Positions 9,046 to 18,905 of a DNA stretch of 64,000 nucleotides are shown one piece after another. The notes under the pieces are model-generated. The model was not told where the DNA came from. It was given only the letters and a program-made list of their open reading frames with translations, and did no database searches. Made by a program: the position numbers and the translations under genes. How positions within the stretch are numbered: the stretch's first letter is position 1; each line of letters starts with the position of its first letter. The DNA lies in assembly GCA_017881075.1 (NCBI GenBank), contig JADGRH010000006.1, forward strand, positions 117,666 to 181,665. Reading direction: 5' to 3'. This DNA is from Minisyncoccota bacterium (GTDB lineage: Bacteria; Patescibacteriota; Minisyncoccia; Phycocordibacterales; CAJBRS01).

Positions 9046-10227
9046 TTGTGGAAATGGCAGAATGAGGGATTTATCATTAATCTTAGGCTTATTTTACCAT
9101 ACAGTAGGATTCCAAGCCGGTTTTCGGCCTCTCTAAAGCCCAAAAGTCTTATCACAAGCCTCTTCTATGGAAGGCTCATATTATCATTAGTATTACTAAG
9201 CTTGCCAGGCAATACCCAGGCAAGTGTTTTTTCATTTGTTGGCCATCTATTTGCTGGCACCAACGCCAACGCTAGCGCCTCGGATATAGTCCAAGAATCC
9301 TCCAATTCCCAGAAAATGCCTCTTCTCCAGCTGGCTCTAAACACTAATCCTACCCCATACAATAAAGAACCCGACTTAAATGTGGTGGGAGAGGCACTTC
9401 TCGCTGTAAGCGGTCCTGAAGGGGCGGCTTCCGAATCTTCCTCAGTCGTTCGTCCTTCTAATGATCAGATCAGCCTTTATACTGTCCGAGAGGGCGATAC
9501 TCTTTCAAGTATTGCCAACCTTTTTAATGTTACGGTTAATACCATTCGGTGGGCCAACGATCTGAATTCTGGCTCTACTATCAAAAAAGGACAAGTTTTA
9601 ATTATCTTACCGATCTCTGGAGTTAAATATACGGTTAAGAAGGGGGATACAGTTCAGAGTATAGCTAAGTCATACGGTGGTGATGTTGGTGAAATTAATA
9701 GTTTCAACAATCTCGAGGTAGGCCAAAAACTGTCAGTTGGAGATGAGGTTGTTATTCCCGACGGAGAACTTAGCAGTGGCGTCCAAACTTCTTCCGAAAA
9801 TTCATCAAATGGATCTAAAACTACGGTCACCAAGAGTGGTAAAACTACTGCCGGCCCAACTAGTGGCACCTATATTGATTCAAGCGGCTATTTCCGCCGA
9901 CCACTTGACGGAGGCGTTCGCACTCAAGGTATACATGGACACAATGGTGTTGACTGGGGATCTCCGGTAGGCACCCCGATCCACGCCGCCGCTTCTGGCC
10001 AAGTGATTATCAGTAAAAATAGCGGTTGGAATGGTGGCTATGGCGACTATGTGGTAATCAGCCACCCTAATGGTACGCAGACTCTTTATGCTCACATGAG
10101 CAAGACGGCAGTTTCTGGTGGAGCGAACGTGGAGAAAGGAGAAGTTATCGGCTACATTGGCCTGACCGGCGAAACCACCGGCCCCCATGTCCACTTTGAA
10201 GTTCGAGGAGCCAAAAATCCGTTCTAA
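9046..10227 (+). CDS. LysM + M23 family murein endopeptidase (true start uncertain)
   Basis: Two LysM repeats (YTVREGDTL, YTVKKGDTV); M23 HNGVD, YAH, HVHFEV. Confidence 0.92.
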   Translation: MWKWQNEGFIINLRLILPYSRIPSRFSASLKPKSLITSLFYGRLILSLVLLSLPGNTQASVFSFVGHLFAGTNANASASDIVQESSNSQKMPLLQLALNTNPTPYNKEPDLNVVGEALLAVSGPEGAASESSSVVRPSNDQISLYTVREGDTLSSIANLFNVTVNTIRWANDLNSGSTIKKGQVLIILPISGVKYTVKKGDTVQSIAKSYGGDVGEINSFNNLEVGQKLSVGDEVVIPDGELSSGVQTSSENSSNGSKTTVTKSGKTTAGPTSGTYIDSSGYFRRPLDGGVRTQGIHGHNGVDWGSPVGTPIHAAASGQVIISKNSGWNGGYGDYVVISHPNGTQTLYAHMSKTAVSGGANVEKGEVIGYIGLTGETTGPHVHFEVRGAKNPF

Positions 10228-11795
10228 TCGATTTTCTTTGGTCTATATTGTAGAGCTTCTAGCATATGCTGGGGTTCCACATGTTCGGCTCCTTCGAGGT
10301 CGGCGATAGTTCGAGCTAATTTAATTAGACGATGGTATGCGCGGGCGGAGATATCCAATTTATAAGCAGCATTGTCTAAAATATCTTTTACTTTTTCTCT
10401 AAGTGGGATCAAATTCAAAATATTTTTTGGTTTTATTGCACTATTAGTTAGAATTTTAAGCCCATGTTTTCGAAAACGGGTTTGTTGGATGGCTCTGGCC
10501 TTGAGAATTCGTTTTTTTACTTCGTCAGTTTTTTCCCCCAGTCCTTTTAATCCCAACTTTTTATAATCAACTTCAGAAACTTCCAACCAAAGATCTACCC
10601 GATCAATGATTGGTCCGGAAATTTTGCGTCGATAGCTCTGAAGACTAACTTGTCTGCAGGTACATTCTTTATTTTTCGTTCCACGATTGCCACATGGGCA
10701 TGGATTCATTGCGGCAATCAAAATAAAATCAGCGGGGAAAATAGCAGAGCTTTTTGCTCTGGAAACACTAACGACCCTTTCCTCCAATGGTTCACGCAAA
10801 GCGTCTATTGCTCTTCTATCAAACTCCGGAAACTCATCCATAAAAAGAACGCCTCGATGAGCCAGTGTTACCTCCCCGGGCTTCGGAATAGTGCCACCGC
10901 CGATTAGTGATGGATACGAAGCGGTATGATGAGGCGAACGAAATGGTGGGTAGAGCACCAAGGGCTTATCCGACAAGGTCCCCGCAACCGAATGAATGGA
11001 GGTGGCCTCAAGTATTTCCTGGAAAGTAAGTGGTGGTAGGAGATGAGCAAAAGCCTTGGCTAGCATTGTTTTTCCCGTTCCCGGAGGTCCGAACATCAGG
11101 GCATTGTGGCCACCTGCCGCGGCGATCTCGAGCCCGCGCTTTGCCCCTTCCTGACCTTTAATATCGGCAAAATCTACCTCGTAATCACTCGTTTCATAAT
11201 CGATTTTAGTCACTGGTGTTGGTATTAGTTTGGGCGAAACCGGAACGGTTTCGCCCTCCCCCGTTTCTTCTTCCACTTTCTCATTCAGATGTTCAATCAC
11301 TTCACCCAGAGTAGCAAGACCAAAAATATTTATGCCCGAAATAATTGCTGCCTCTTTCACATTTTCCATCGGAACGTAAACCTCTCTGAATTTTCTTTTT
11401 TTTGCTTCTATCACCAAAGGCAACACTCCCTTAATTGGCCGCACTTTCCCGTCGAGCGATAATTCTCCCAAAAAAAGTTTTCCCTTGGGATCAAACTTAA
11501 TTTCTTCTGCCGCTAATAGATAGCCGAGAGCCATGGCCAAATCAAAACTCGGCCCCTCCTTTTTCAGATCAGCCGGAGCAAGTGAAATGACCACCTTTTG
11601 ATTTTTATGTTTAGGTGAAGTGAAGCCAGAATTTTTGATAGCCGCACCGATTCGGTCGCGAGATTCTTCCACTGCCTTGTCAGGAAGGCCCACCACTAAA
11701 AAAGAATAGAGCCCTTTTGAAAGATCAATCTCCACATCAATAATCCTCGCTTTTAAAAGATTACTTTGAGCGCTGAATACTTTGGCAAAACTCAT
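10224..11795 (-). CDS. comM: ComM / YifB Mg-chelatase-like AAA+ ATPase
   Basis: VGLPDKAVEESRDR, GPPGTGKT, FRSPHH, AAMNPCPCG. Confidence 0.95.
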   Translation of the reverse strand: MSFAKVFSAQSNLLKARIIDVEIDLSKGLYSFLVVGLPDKAVEESRDRIGAAIKNSGFTSPKHKNQKVVISLAPADLKKEGPSFDLAMALGYLLAAEEIKFDPKGKLFLGELSLDGKVRPIKGVLPLVIEAKKRKFREVYVPMENVKEAAIISGINIFGLATLGEVIEHLNEKVEEETGEGETVPVSPKLIPTPVTKIDYETSDYEVDFADIKGQEGAKRGLEIAAAGGHNALMFGPPGTGKTMLAKAFAHLLPPLTFQEILEATSIHSVAGTLSDKPLVLYPPFRSPHHTASYPSLIGGGTIPKPGEVTLAHRGVLFMDEFPEFDRRAIDALREPLEERVVSVSRAKSSAIFPADFILIAAMNPCPCGNRGTKNKECTCRQVSLQSYRRKISGPIIDRVDLWLEVSEVDYKKLGLKGLGEKTDEVKKRILKARAIQQTRFRKHGLKILTNSAIKPKNILNLIPLREKVKDILDNAAYKLDISARAYHRLIKLARTIADLEGAEHVEPQHMLEALQYRPKKID

Positions 11796-11854
11796 CCCTC
11801 CATCTTAAATGGTTCGAGATGAGTTTTCGCTAAAACATTCTTAAATTTTTCTTT

Positions 11855-11875
11855 ATAAGAGGTTAAACCTCTTAT
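11855..11875. repeat. Perfect 21-bp palindrome with single central base (13-bp core family)
   Basis: ATAAGAGGTT-A-AACCTCTTAT. Confidence 0.8.
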
Positions 11876-11879
11876 TTAC

Positions 11880-12266
11880 CTAGACTAAACGAGCATTGAT
11901 ATCTTTCTTGCAAGTTCTGGCAGCGGGATTTGCTTCCAGCCTGTCCGTCTCAATAGCTTCTCCACAGACTTCACAAACTCCATAAGTACCATCTTCTATT
12001 TTCCCCAAAGCAAGCTTAACATCGTTCAACTGAGGCTCCAATTCTTTCAGAATAGCCGCATCGCCCTCAAAACTTTCAAATTTATCTGCCACTTCGTTTC
12101 GGTCCGCTCTCTCAATGTCCATATCTTCTGATTTAGCCTCCCAGTCGGCCGGATTAGAAGGATTCTTCTGAGCCACCTTTTGCACCTGGGAAAGAAGAAG
12201 AGCTCGCTCTTTTTGGAGTTTCTTTTTAAACACACTTAAATCGATATTGAGGTTATTTTTCTTCAT
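11880..12266 (-). CDS. DksA/TraR C4-type zinc-finger protein
   Basis: ALGKIEDGTYGVCEVCGEAI..RLEANPAARTC. Confidence 0.9.
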   Translation of the reverse strand: MKKNNLNIDLSVFKKKLQKERALLLSQVQKVAQKNPSNPADWEAKSEDMDIERADRNEVADKFESFEGDAAILKELEPQLNDVKLALGKIEDGTYGVCEVCGEAIETDRLEANPAARTCKKDINARLV

Positions 12267-12320
12267 AAATTTATTGTCTTGGGTAGTATATCACACCACC
12301 TATCGGAGTCTATTTTAGTT

Positions 12321-13415
12321 CTATTTTTCCTGGCCAGTTTGAATATAACGCCCAACTATCTCTTTAAAAGCCTCTTCACCCTGGGTGAAAATAACGGTAT
12401 GTGGGTCTATAAAAGAATAAAGAAAGACAATTTTACCGCTTGAATCGGTAATGACTCGGGTGTCTCGGTTCTGAATTAGTCGATCTTTGAATGGCTCTGT
12501 CGGAGAAGTTCGAATAAGCGGAGAAAGAGTAAAGGTTGTATTTGAAGTGGTGGCAGTGCTACTCGAAGCTGTGGTGGTGCTGATCGAATTTGTAATGACA
12601 GGGGCTTGAAGAATGGAAAAGAGGGGTGTCATATCCTGCTGCAGAGTTCCTTCCCACTCAAGCATTCCGGCAAAGGCAATTTCATAGGAGTCGCTTCTCA
12701 ATATCATAAACACTTCGCTACTGTTATTACTCGTTTGGTAGATGCCAAGCATGTAAATATCTTGAATAGAACGAAAAATCGGGGCCGGAATGCGAGTGTT
12801 AAGAAGAGTGGTGAGACGACTGCCGGAAATAAGGTGCCTTGCTCCAAGTTCTATCGAAGTAGAAGTGCCTACATCTTTTTCGGTGACAATTAAATTCTCT
12901 ATTGTTCCTGATGGACGAGCGAGACGTTTTATCTTGCCAACTTCATTGACCAAAATATTCGGATCAGCTATATCCAATTTCAACTCTGTATTTTTTTCAG
13001 CGTAGACTAAATTTTTAGGGAGATTTAAAACATTGTTTTGATTAGTGCCACGCAGAAAAAAGAAATAACCGATTATGGCAATGCCAGCAATTACAAGAGC
13101 AGCACTTAGGACAAAGAAGAGCACTGATCTTTTTGAATCAATCGATACCGCTTCCTTGGTAAGGCCCTGTGCCTCCTGGCGTTTTTTTTCCGCTAAAGCT
13201 ATTTTGATTACCGAGACATTATCTTTCTTGATGGCCTCCGCCACATCGCTCTGATACGTCTTTAGAGGCCTCATCGGATCTTCCAGTTTCTTCTCCTTAG
13301 CATGAGCAACGGCCTCCTTCAGTTTTGCCGCTTGATCTACGGAAGGAGGCCGCACAAGACCAGGTTCTCTAATTGATCCTAGATTTGGATTTTTTTCATT
13401 TTCTAAAGGTGGCAT
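12321..13415 (-). CDS. Hypothetical single-pass membrane protein
   Basis: 364-aa ORF with one TM segment near residues 98-122; -10 box 6 nt before ATG. Confidence 0.75.
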   Translation of the reverse strand: MPPLENEKNPNLGSIREPGLVRPPSVDQAAKLKEAVAHAKEKKLEDPMRPLKTYQSDVAEAIKKDNVSVIKIALAEKKRQEAQGLTKEAVSIDSKRSVLFFVLSAALVIAGIAIIGYFFFLRGTNQNNVLNLPKNLVYAEKNTELKLDIADPNILVNEVGKIKRLARPSGTIENLIVTEKDVGTSTSIELGARHLISGSRLTTLLNTRIPAPIFRSIQDIYMLGIYQTSNNSSEVFMILRSDSYEIAFAGMLEWEGTLQQDMTPLFSILQAPVITNSISTTTASSSTATTSNTTFTLSPLIRTSPTEPFKDRLIQNRDTRVITDSSGKIVFLYSFIDPHTVIFTQGEEAFKEIVGRYIQTGQEK

Positions 13416-13446
13416 GCGCTAATTTTACACTAGCCTGTTTCAAAAA

Positions 13447-15549
13447 CTAGGCGGTTGGTTTTTTGATGAAGTTTGGATCGGCTTGTTTGATGGAGAGGGC
13501 GATGCGGCCGCGTTCGTCTGTGCCTTTCACCATGATAGGCACGGTCTGGCCTTCTTTCAGAAATTGACCGATATTCTCTATTCGGAAGGAGGCAATTTCG
13601 GAGACATGCACCAATCCTTCAGTAGAGGTGCCGATCTTCACAAAGGCTCCGAAGTCCATGATCTTGACCACTACGCCTTCAAAACGCTCGCCAGGCATGT
13701 ATTCATGAGTCATTTCCTCCACAATAGCCTTGGCTTTCTCAGCCGAGCCGCCGGTTCCAGTGAAGAAGACAGTTCCGTCATCTTCAATATCAATTTCAGC
13801 GCCCGTCCTCTCTTTAATATCTTTAATAGTCTTTCCTCCCCCGCCAATAACTAGACCAATTTGATCTGGTTTAATTTTAATTGAGATAATTTTTGGTGCT
13901 CTTGGAGAAATATCGGCACGAGGGGCAACAATTTCTTTCTCGATCACATCAATAATTTGTAAACGAGCCGCTTTTGCTTTCTCCAATGCCTCTCCCAGAA
14001 TTTTTAGAGTAATGCCTCCGACTTTCACATCCATTTGCACTGCCGTCACTCCCGTTCGCGTTCCTGCTACCTTAAAATCCATATCACCATGATGGTCTTC
14101 TGGTCCTTGAATGTCAGTGAGCAGTACATAATTATCATCATCTTTCATCATCAGTCCCGAAGCGATGCCGGCAACAGGAGATTTAATTGGCACCCCACCA
14201 TCCATCAAAGCTAGCGTAGAAGCGCAGACAGAACCCATTGAAGTAGAGCCATTTGATGCCATTGATTCTGAAACGAGACGAATAGTGTAAGGAAATTCCT
14301 CCTTTGGAGGAAGAACCATTGAGAGAGCTTTTTCGGCCAGATTGCCGTGGCCGATCATTCGACGATTGGCGCCACCCATTCTACCGGTCTCACCCACTGA
14401 AAACGGCGGAAAATTATAATGATGCATAAAACGTTTCTTGGTTTGCAATTCCATACCATCAATTGTTTGTGAATCGCCCGGTCCGCCAAGAGTAAGAGCT
14501 GAAAGGACGTGAGTTCCTCCGCGATAGAAAATGCCGGAGCCATGAAGCATCGGAGAGATACCGCCGGCCTGGGCAAAGAGTGGCCTTAAATCGTCCATGC
14601 CGCGACCGTCAGGCCTGCGCTTCTTCTCGATCGCTTCCTTATGTATCAAATCATTCACCTTTTCTTCAAAATATTCTTCAGCCAAAGATTTTTTCTCTTC
14701 CGGAAGAGTTTCAACATAAAGAGCCATCCACTCCACCTTCAATTCTTCTGATTCCTTCTTCCCCGGACCGGAGAAAACGGAAGCTTCTATTCGGGACTCA
14801 ATCTTTTCTTTAAAAATAGCTACTGCTGCCCCATTTATTTCTATTGCTTCAATGATTTTTTTCTCTTTACCAACTTCCTTTATTATTTTTGTCTGAAATT
14901 GCTGTAATTTTTCTATTTCAGCAGAAGCAAACTGAAGAGCTGCCGATAGATTTTCATTAGAAGTCTCTTGTGCTCCTACTTCTATCATGTTTATCTTTCC
15001 ATCTTTGCCACAAGCTACTAAATCGAGAGTGGCGGTAGCTCTTTGGTTATAGGTAGGATTGAGAATAAAGCCCGTATTATCTGGAGATTTTACTGCTCGC
15101 ACCGCACTCACTGGTCCGTTCCATGGAATGTCGGAGGTACTAATAGCCAAGGATGTCGCTATTACAGCCAAAATATCCGGATCATCCTCGTCAATCGATA
15201 GAACAGTTATTACTACCTGAATATCATGTCTAATATGCTGTTCAAAAAGCGGTCGGATAGTTCGGTCCACAATTCGGCCGGACAGAATAGCTTCATCAGA
15301 CGGCCGGCCTTCGCGCCTTGTGAACTGCCCACCCAAAATCCGGCCGGCCGCGTAAAACTTTTCCTCGTAATCAACAGTCAAAGGAAAGAAATCAGAATCT
15401 TTCGGTTTCTTCGACATCACGGCAGTAGCAAAGACGACGGTGTTGCCGTATTTAACCATTACCGAACCATTGGCCTGATCCGCCAGGTCATTAAACTCCG
15501 CTGTTAAAGTTTTTCCTCCTACTTCAATCGAATATTCTTTTTTTTGCAT
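13447..15549 (-). CDS. pnp: Polynucleotide phosphorylase
   Basis: FFPLTVDYEE, HYNFPPFSVGE, SNGSTSMGSVC, GDMDFKVAG; KH and S1 domains. Confidence 0.98.
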   Translation of the reverse strand: MQKKEYSIEVGGKTLTAEFNDLADQANGSVMVKYGNTVVFATAVMSKKPKDSDFFPLTVDYEEKFYAAGRILGGQFTRREGRPSDEAILSGRIVDRTIRPLFEQHIRHDIQVVITVLSIDEDDPDILAVIATSLAISTSDIPWNGPVSAVRAVKSPDNTGFILNPTYNQRATATLDLVACGKDGKINMIEVGAQETSNENLSAALQFASAEIEKLQQFQTKIIKEVGKEKKIIEAIEINGAAVAIFKEKIESRIEASVFSGPGKKESEELKVEWMALYVETLPEEKKSLAEEYFEEKVNDLIHKEAIEKKRRPDGRGMDDLRPLFAQAGGISPMLHGSGIFYRGGTHVLSALTLGGPGDSQTIDGMELQTKKRFMHHYNFPPFSVGETGRMGGANRRMIGHGNLAEKALSMVLPPKEEFPYTIRLVSESMASNGSTSMGSVCASTLALMDGGVPIKSPVAGIASGLMMKDDDNYVLLTDIQGPEDHHGDMDFKVAGTRTGVTAVQMDVKVGGITLKILGEALEKAKAARLQIIDVIEKEIVAPRADISPRAPKIISIKIKPDQIGLVIGGGGKTIKDIKERTGAEIDIEDDGTVFFTGTGGSAEKAKAIVEEMTHEYMPGERFEGVVVKIMDFGAFVKIGTSTEGLVHVSEIASFRIENIGQFLKEGQTVPIMVKGTDERGRIALSIKQADPNFIKKPTA

Positions 15550-15649
15550 AACGCTTGTTAGCGTTCAAATTATAAATCTGAAGAAAGATCTTCAAATCTA
15601 GGTATTTGGACGCTAAATTAACTTCTAATATCTAAATCCTAGCACAAAA

Positions 15650-16159
15650 TTATTTTTTATTCAGCAAGTACTTTTTAGGGTTGAGATCAAGATCAATGAA
15701 ATCATCCACCGTTTCCTTCAGTTTTCCGGAGGCGGATTTGCCGAATGAGACCCCTTCCACCTGACAACCATTCATTTGGAGGTATTCTACGAGGGGAATA
15801 AAGTCGCCGTCGCCGGAAACAATAACCACTGCATCCAGTTTTGCGGACAATTTAATAGCGTCAACAGCCAATCCAACGTCCCAGTCCGCCTTTTTACTGC
15901 CACTAGAGAAAATCTGAAGGTTTTTAGTCTTTGTTTCAATACCCATCTTTACCAAAGCCTCAAAAAAATTCTTTTCGTCCCCTGCTTCGGTGGTAATAAC
16001 ATAAGCTATAGCTCTGACCAAGATTCGTCCGGCCAAAGTATCCTTTAAAATGGCGCCAAAATTAACTCTGGCGTGATAGAGGTTCTTGGCACTATGATAA
16101 AGATTCTGGGCATCAATGAAAATCCCAACTCGCTGTTCTTTGTGTTTAATAACGGCCAT
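15650..16159 (-). CDS. NYN domain (LabA/DUF88) PIN-fold putative nuclease
   Basis: FIDAQNLY, KADWDVGLAVD, VSGDGDF. Confidence 0.92.
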   Translation of the reverse strand: MAVIKHKEQRVGIFIDAQNLYHSAKNLYHARVNFGAILKDTLAGRILVRAIAYVITTEAGDEKNFFEALVKMGIETKTKNLQIFSSGSKKADWDVGLAVDAIKLSAKLDAVVIVSGDGDFIPLVEYLQMNGCQVEGVSFGKSASGKLKETVDDFIDLDLNPKKYLLNKK

Positions 16160-16179
16160 TAATTAGGTTTTAGGAACGC

Positions 16180-16446
16180 TTATCTCTTAAGATCTAACTT
16201 CTTTAAAACCGCCTGATACCGTTTGATGTCCTTTTTCTGCAGATATTTCAAATGGCTCTGGCGATCGGCTACCAACTGTAGTAATCCGCGTCGAGAATGG
16301 TTGTCTTTGAGGTTTTTCTTCAAATGTTTAGCCAATTCATCAATCCTTTTGGAAATTATAGAAATTTGTACCTCCGGAGAGCCCGTATCGGTCTCATGTA
16401 CCCGTGTTTCCTTGATAATTCGCTGTTTTTTGGTCTTTGTTAACAT
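16180..16446 (-). CDS. rpsO: 30S ribosomal protein S15
   Basis: HETDTGSPEVQI, KDNHSRRGLL. Confidence 0.98.
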   Translation of the reverse strand: MLTKTKKQRIIKETRVHETDTGSPEVQISIISKRIDELAKHLKKNLKDNHSRRGLLQLVADRQSHLKYLQKKDIKRYQAVLKKLDLKR

Positions 16447-16525
16447 TTGAGCATTCTAGCATAAAAGGCCATTTTTTGCAATTTTTAGCCTTTTTGGTCT
16501 CCTATTTGCTATAATATTGTGCGAC

Positions 16526-17461
16526 ATGACTCTTCAAGAATTAAAACGTCAATATCTGGAACACATTGAGATAGAAAAGGGGCGGAGTTTAAATACGGTG
16601 CGGAATTATGAGCACTACCTGGATCGATTTTTGGAATTTTCAAAAGCGAAGAGTCCGAGTGATATTACAGACGAGGTTCTTCGCGAATATCGCCTGTGGT
16701 TGAATCGTCAAAGCGCCGGAGCGAAGAATATCAAAGAGACCGACACTCTAAAGAAGCGCACCCAAAATTATTATCTCATCGCTCTCCGGTCTTTCTTGAA
16801 ATACCTGGCCAAAAGAAAGATCACTTCCCTCTCACCGGAAACAATTGAGCTCGCCAAGGTACCCGAACGCTCGCTCGATCTCATTTCTGGTGATGATCTC
16901 AAACGATTACTCAAGGCCCCAGAGAAAGAAAAGAATGAGCTGAAAAAACTAAGAGATAGAGCCATTTTAGAGCTATTTTTCTCTACCGGTCTTCGTGTCT
17001 CCGAGCTCTGTTCTCTCTCGCGGGACCTCGATATGGGCAAGGATGAGTTCTCTATTCGAGGAAAAGGCGAGAAAGTAAGAGTAGTTTTCTTATCTGATGA
17101 AGCAAAAGCGGCAGTGAAAAAATATTTAGCCAAGAGAGTAGACGTGCAAGACGCCATGTTTGTTCAGCTGCAAAGTCCTATCGGAAAAAGTAAAGAAGCT
17201 AAAGAACTCAATCGTCTCACTCCCCGCTCTATTGAAAGAATCGTCAAAAATTACGCTATCAAGGCCGGTATTTCTAAAAAAGTAACCCCTCACGTTCTTC
17301 GTCACAGCTTTGCCACCGATCTTCTGGAAAACGGCGCCGACCTCCGATCCGTTCAGATGCTTCTCGGCCACGCCAATATCACCACTACCCAGATCTACAC
17401 CCACGTGACCGACAAACATCTGAAAGATATCCATAAAAATTTTCATAACAAGAGAAAATAA
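16526..17461 (+). CDS. XerC/XerD-like tyrosine recombinase
   Basis: RDRAILE..FSTGLRVSEL, GKGEKVR, TPHVLRHSFAT, LLGH...TTQIYTH; ATG 16526 follows TGCTATAAT. Confidence 0.93.
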   Translation: MTLQELKRQYLEHIEIEKGRSLNTVRNYEHYLDRFLEFSKAKSPSDITDEVLREYRLWLNRQSAGAKNIKETDTLKKRTQNYYLIALRSFLKYLAKRKITSLSPETIELAKVPERSLDLISGDDLKRLLKAPEKEKNELKKLRDRAILELFFSTGLRVSELCSLSRDLDMGKDEFSIRGKGEKVRVVFLSDEAKAAVKKYLAKRVDVQDAMFVQLQSPIGKSKEAKELNRLTPRSIERIVKNYAIKAGISKKVTPHVLRHSFATDLLENGADLRSVQMLLGHANITTTQIYTHVTDKHLKDIHKNFHNKRK

Positions 17462-17520
17462 GTCGAAATAAACAAAAACACCTCCACGCACAAGGCACGA
17501 AGGTGTTCTGGGTCAATCCT

Positions 17521-17712
17521 TTAAGAAGCGGTTGCGCTTAAGCCGGCGCCGTCGTCAATGTCTTTGCCGTAAAGCTGCAAAAACAGGTTGTCTTTTTGCG
17601 GCTCATGGACGCGAGTCCCAGCACGTATCGGATGTTCCGGTTCTTGCGGTTCGGCTTGAGAAAACTGCACCACGTTTGATTCTGCGTCGGCATTGCTTCC
17701 AGATGTATTCAT
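17521..17712 (-). CDS. Small orphan protein (63 aa)
   Basis: ORF followed by a hairpin at about 17477-17508; no recognisable motif. Confidence 0.35.
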   Translation of the reverse strand: MNTSGSNADAESNVVQFSQAEPQEPEHPIRAGTRVHEPQKDNLFLQLYGKDIDDGAGLSATAS

Positions 17713-17874
17713 CAGTTGGTTTTCTTCTTCATGGGTTTGGTTTTTTTGTGCTTACCTCTCGATTACTTGATCGAAAAGCTCTGGGGAATAATTATATGCT
17801 TATACTTGATAAGAACAAGTCAATAAATAAAAATGTTGGTGATAACTTTTTTCTTATTTTGATAAGATTAATTC

Positions 17875-18645
17875 ATGAAGATTATTTCCTGGAATGTTAA
17901 TGGCATAAGGGCGTGGCACAAGAAAGGTTATCTAGATTGGTTTCTCGCCGAGGATCTGGATATTCTCTGTCTTCAGGAAACCAAGGCTCATCCGGAGCAA
18001 TTAGTAGAGGAACTGCGGAACCCGAAAGGTTACCACTCCTACTTTGATCATTCAAAAGGTAAAAAAGGCTACAGCGGGGTCGCCGTTTACACTAAAATCA
18101 AGCCGGAAAAAATAGAATATGGTCTCGGAGTGGAAACGCTTGATCAAGAGGGTCGGTTTATCGCTCTTCACTTTAAGGATTTCGTTCTAATCAATACCTA
18201 CTTCCCTAACGGTGGAGGCGGGCCCATCAGACTTAAATACAAGCTCGATTATTACAAGGCCTATTTGAAATACGCCGAGAGCCTTAGAAAAAAAGGCAAA
18301 AAGATCATCTTCTGCGGAGATATAAACACCGCCCATACCGAGATCGACCTCGCCCGGCCAAAAGAGAACGCTTCACACACGGGCTTTCTGCCCATAGAGC
18401 GGGCATGGCTTGATAAAGTAGTAGAACATGGCTATATTGACGTCTTTCGTCATTTCTACCCCAATAAAAGAGAGGCTTATACCTATTGGGATATGTATAC
18501 TCATGCCCGAGATCGCAATGTCGGCTGGCGCATAGACTACTTTTTTGTCACTCCCAATCTCATCAAAAAAGTGAAAAAGATTGAAATCTTAAGGGAAGTA
18601 TATGGCTCTGACCATTGTCCTATTTTATTGGAAATAGACCTTTAG
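17875..18645 (+). CDS. xth: Exodeoxyribonuclease III / AP endonuclease
   Basis: SWNVNG, LQETK, GYSGV, GDIN, GWRIDY, SDHCP. Confidence 0.97.
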   Translation: MKIISWNVNGIRAWHKKGYLDWFLAEDLDILCLQETKAHPEQLVEELRNPKGYHSYFDHSKGKKGYSGVAVYTKIKPEKIEYGLGVETLDQEGRFIALHFKDFVLINTYFPNGGGGPIRLKYKLDYYKAYLKYAESLRKKGKKIIFCGDINTAHTEIDLARPKENASHTGFLPIERAWLDKVVEHGYIDVFRHFYPNKREAYTYWDMYTHARDRNVGWRIDYFFVTPNLIKKVKKIEILREVYGSDHCPILLEIDL

Positions 18646-18677
18646 AAAGTTATCCCCAGTTATCCCCACAAGTGTCC

Positions 18678-18707
18678 TTTACATGTCCTATAGATGTCCT
18701 ATATAAT
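18678..18707 (+). promoter_or_regulatory. Sigma70-like promoter overlapped by phased TGTCCT repeats
   Basis: TTTACA-18-TATAAT; TGTCCT at 18673, 18684 and 18695. Confidence 0.5.
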
Positions 18708-18712
18708 AACCA

Positions 18713-18898
18713 TCAGAGATTCGCTTTCGAGATTGGCCTTATCCCTCTGCCAGTTAAGAACTAGCGCCGTCCTTTAAAAAGGACATCTTGTAACAAGTTA
18801 ATTTATCCCATTTGGGACAAATTCGTTCAACTTCTACTTGGTGTCTCTTTGTCAAGAGCCACCTTCACCTTTAAAAATAGCTGATCGTGGCTCTTTTT
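18713..18898 (+). ncRNA. Candidate small non-coding RNA
   Basis: Promoter upstream, several short hairpins, AAGAGCCAC...GTGGCTCTT+T-run terminator, no credible ORF. Confidence 0.3.
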
Positions 18899-18905
18899 CA
18901 TTTAT

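Noticed and set aside
16526-17461. Tyrosine recombinase as prophage or island integrase
   Set aside because: XerC/D-like size and motifs, housekeeping neighbours, no att duplication or phage genes
17712-17732. MKKKTN* mini-ORF overlapping the next ATG, as UGA recoding (code 25)
   Set aside because: The downstream ORF is in a different frame, and TGA is a true stop elsewhere (rsmE, pilB, truD)
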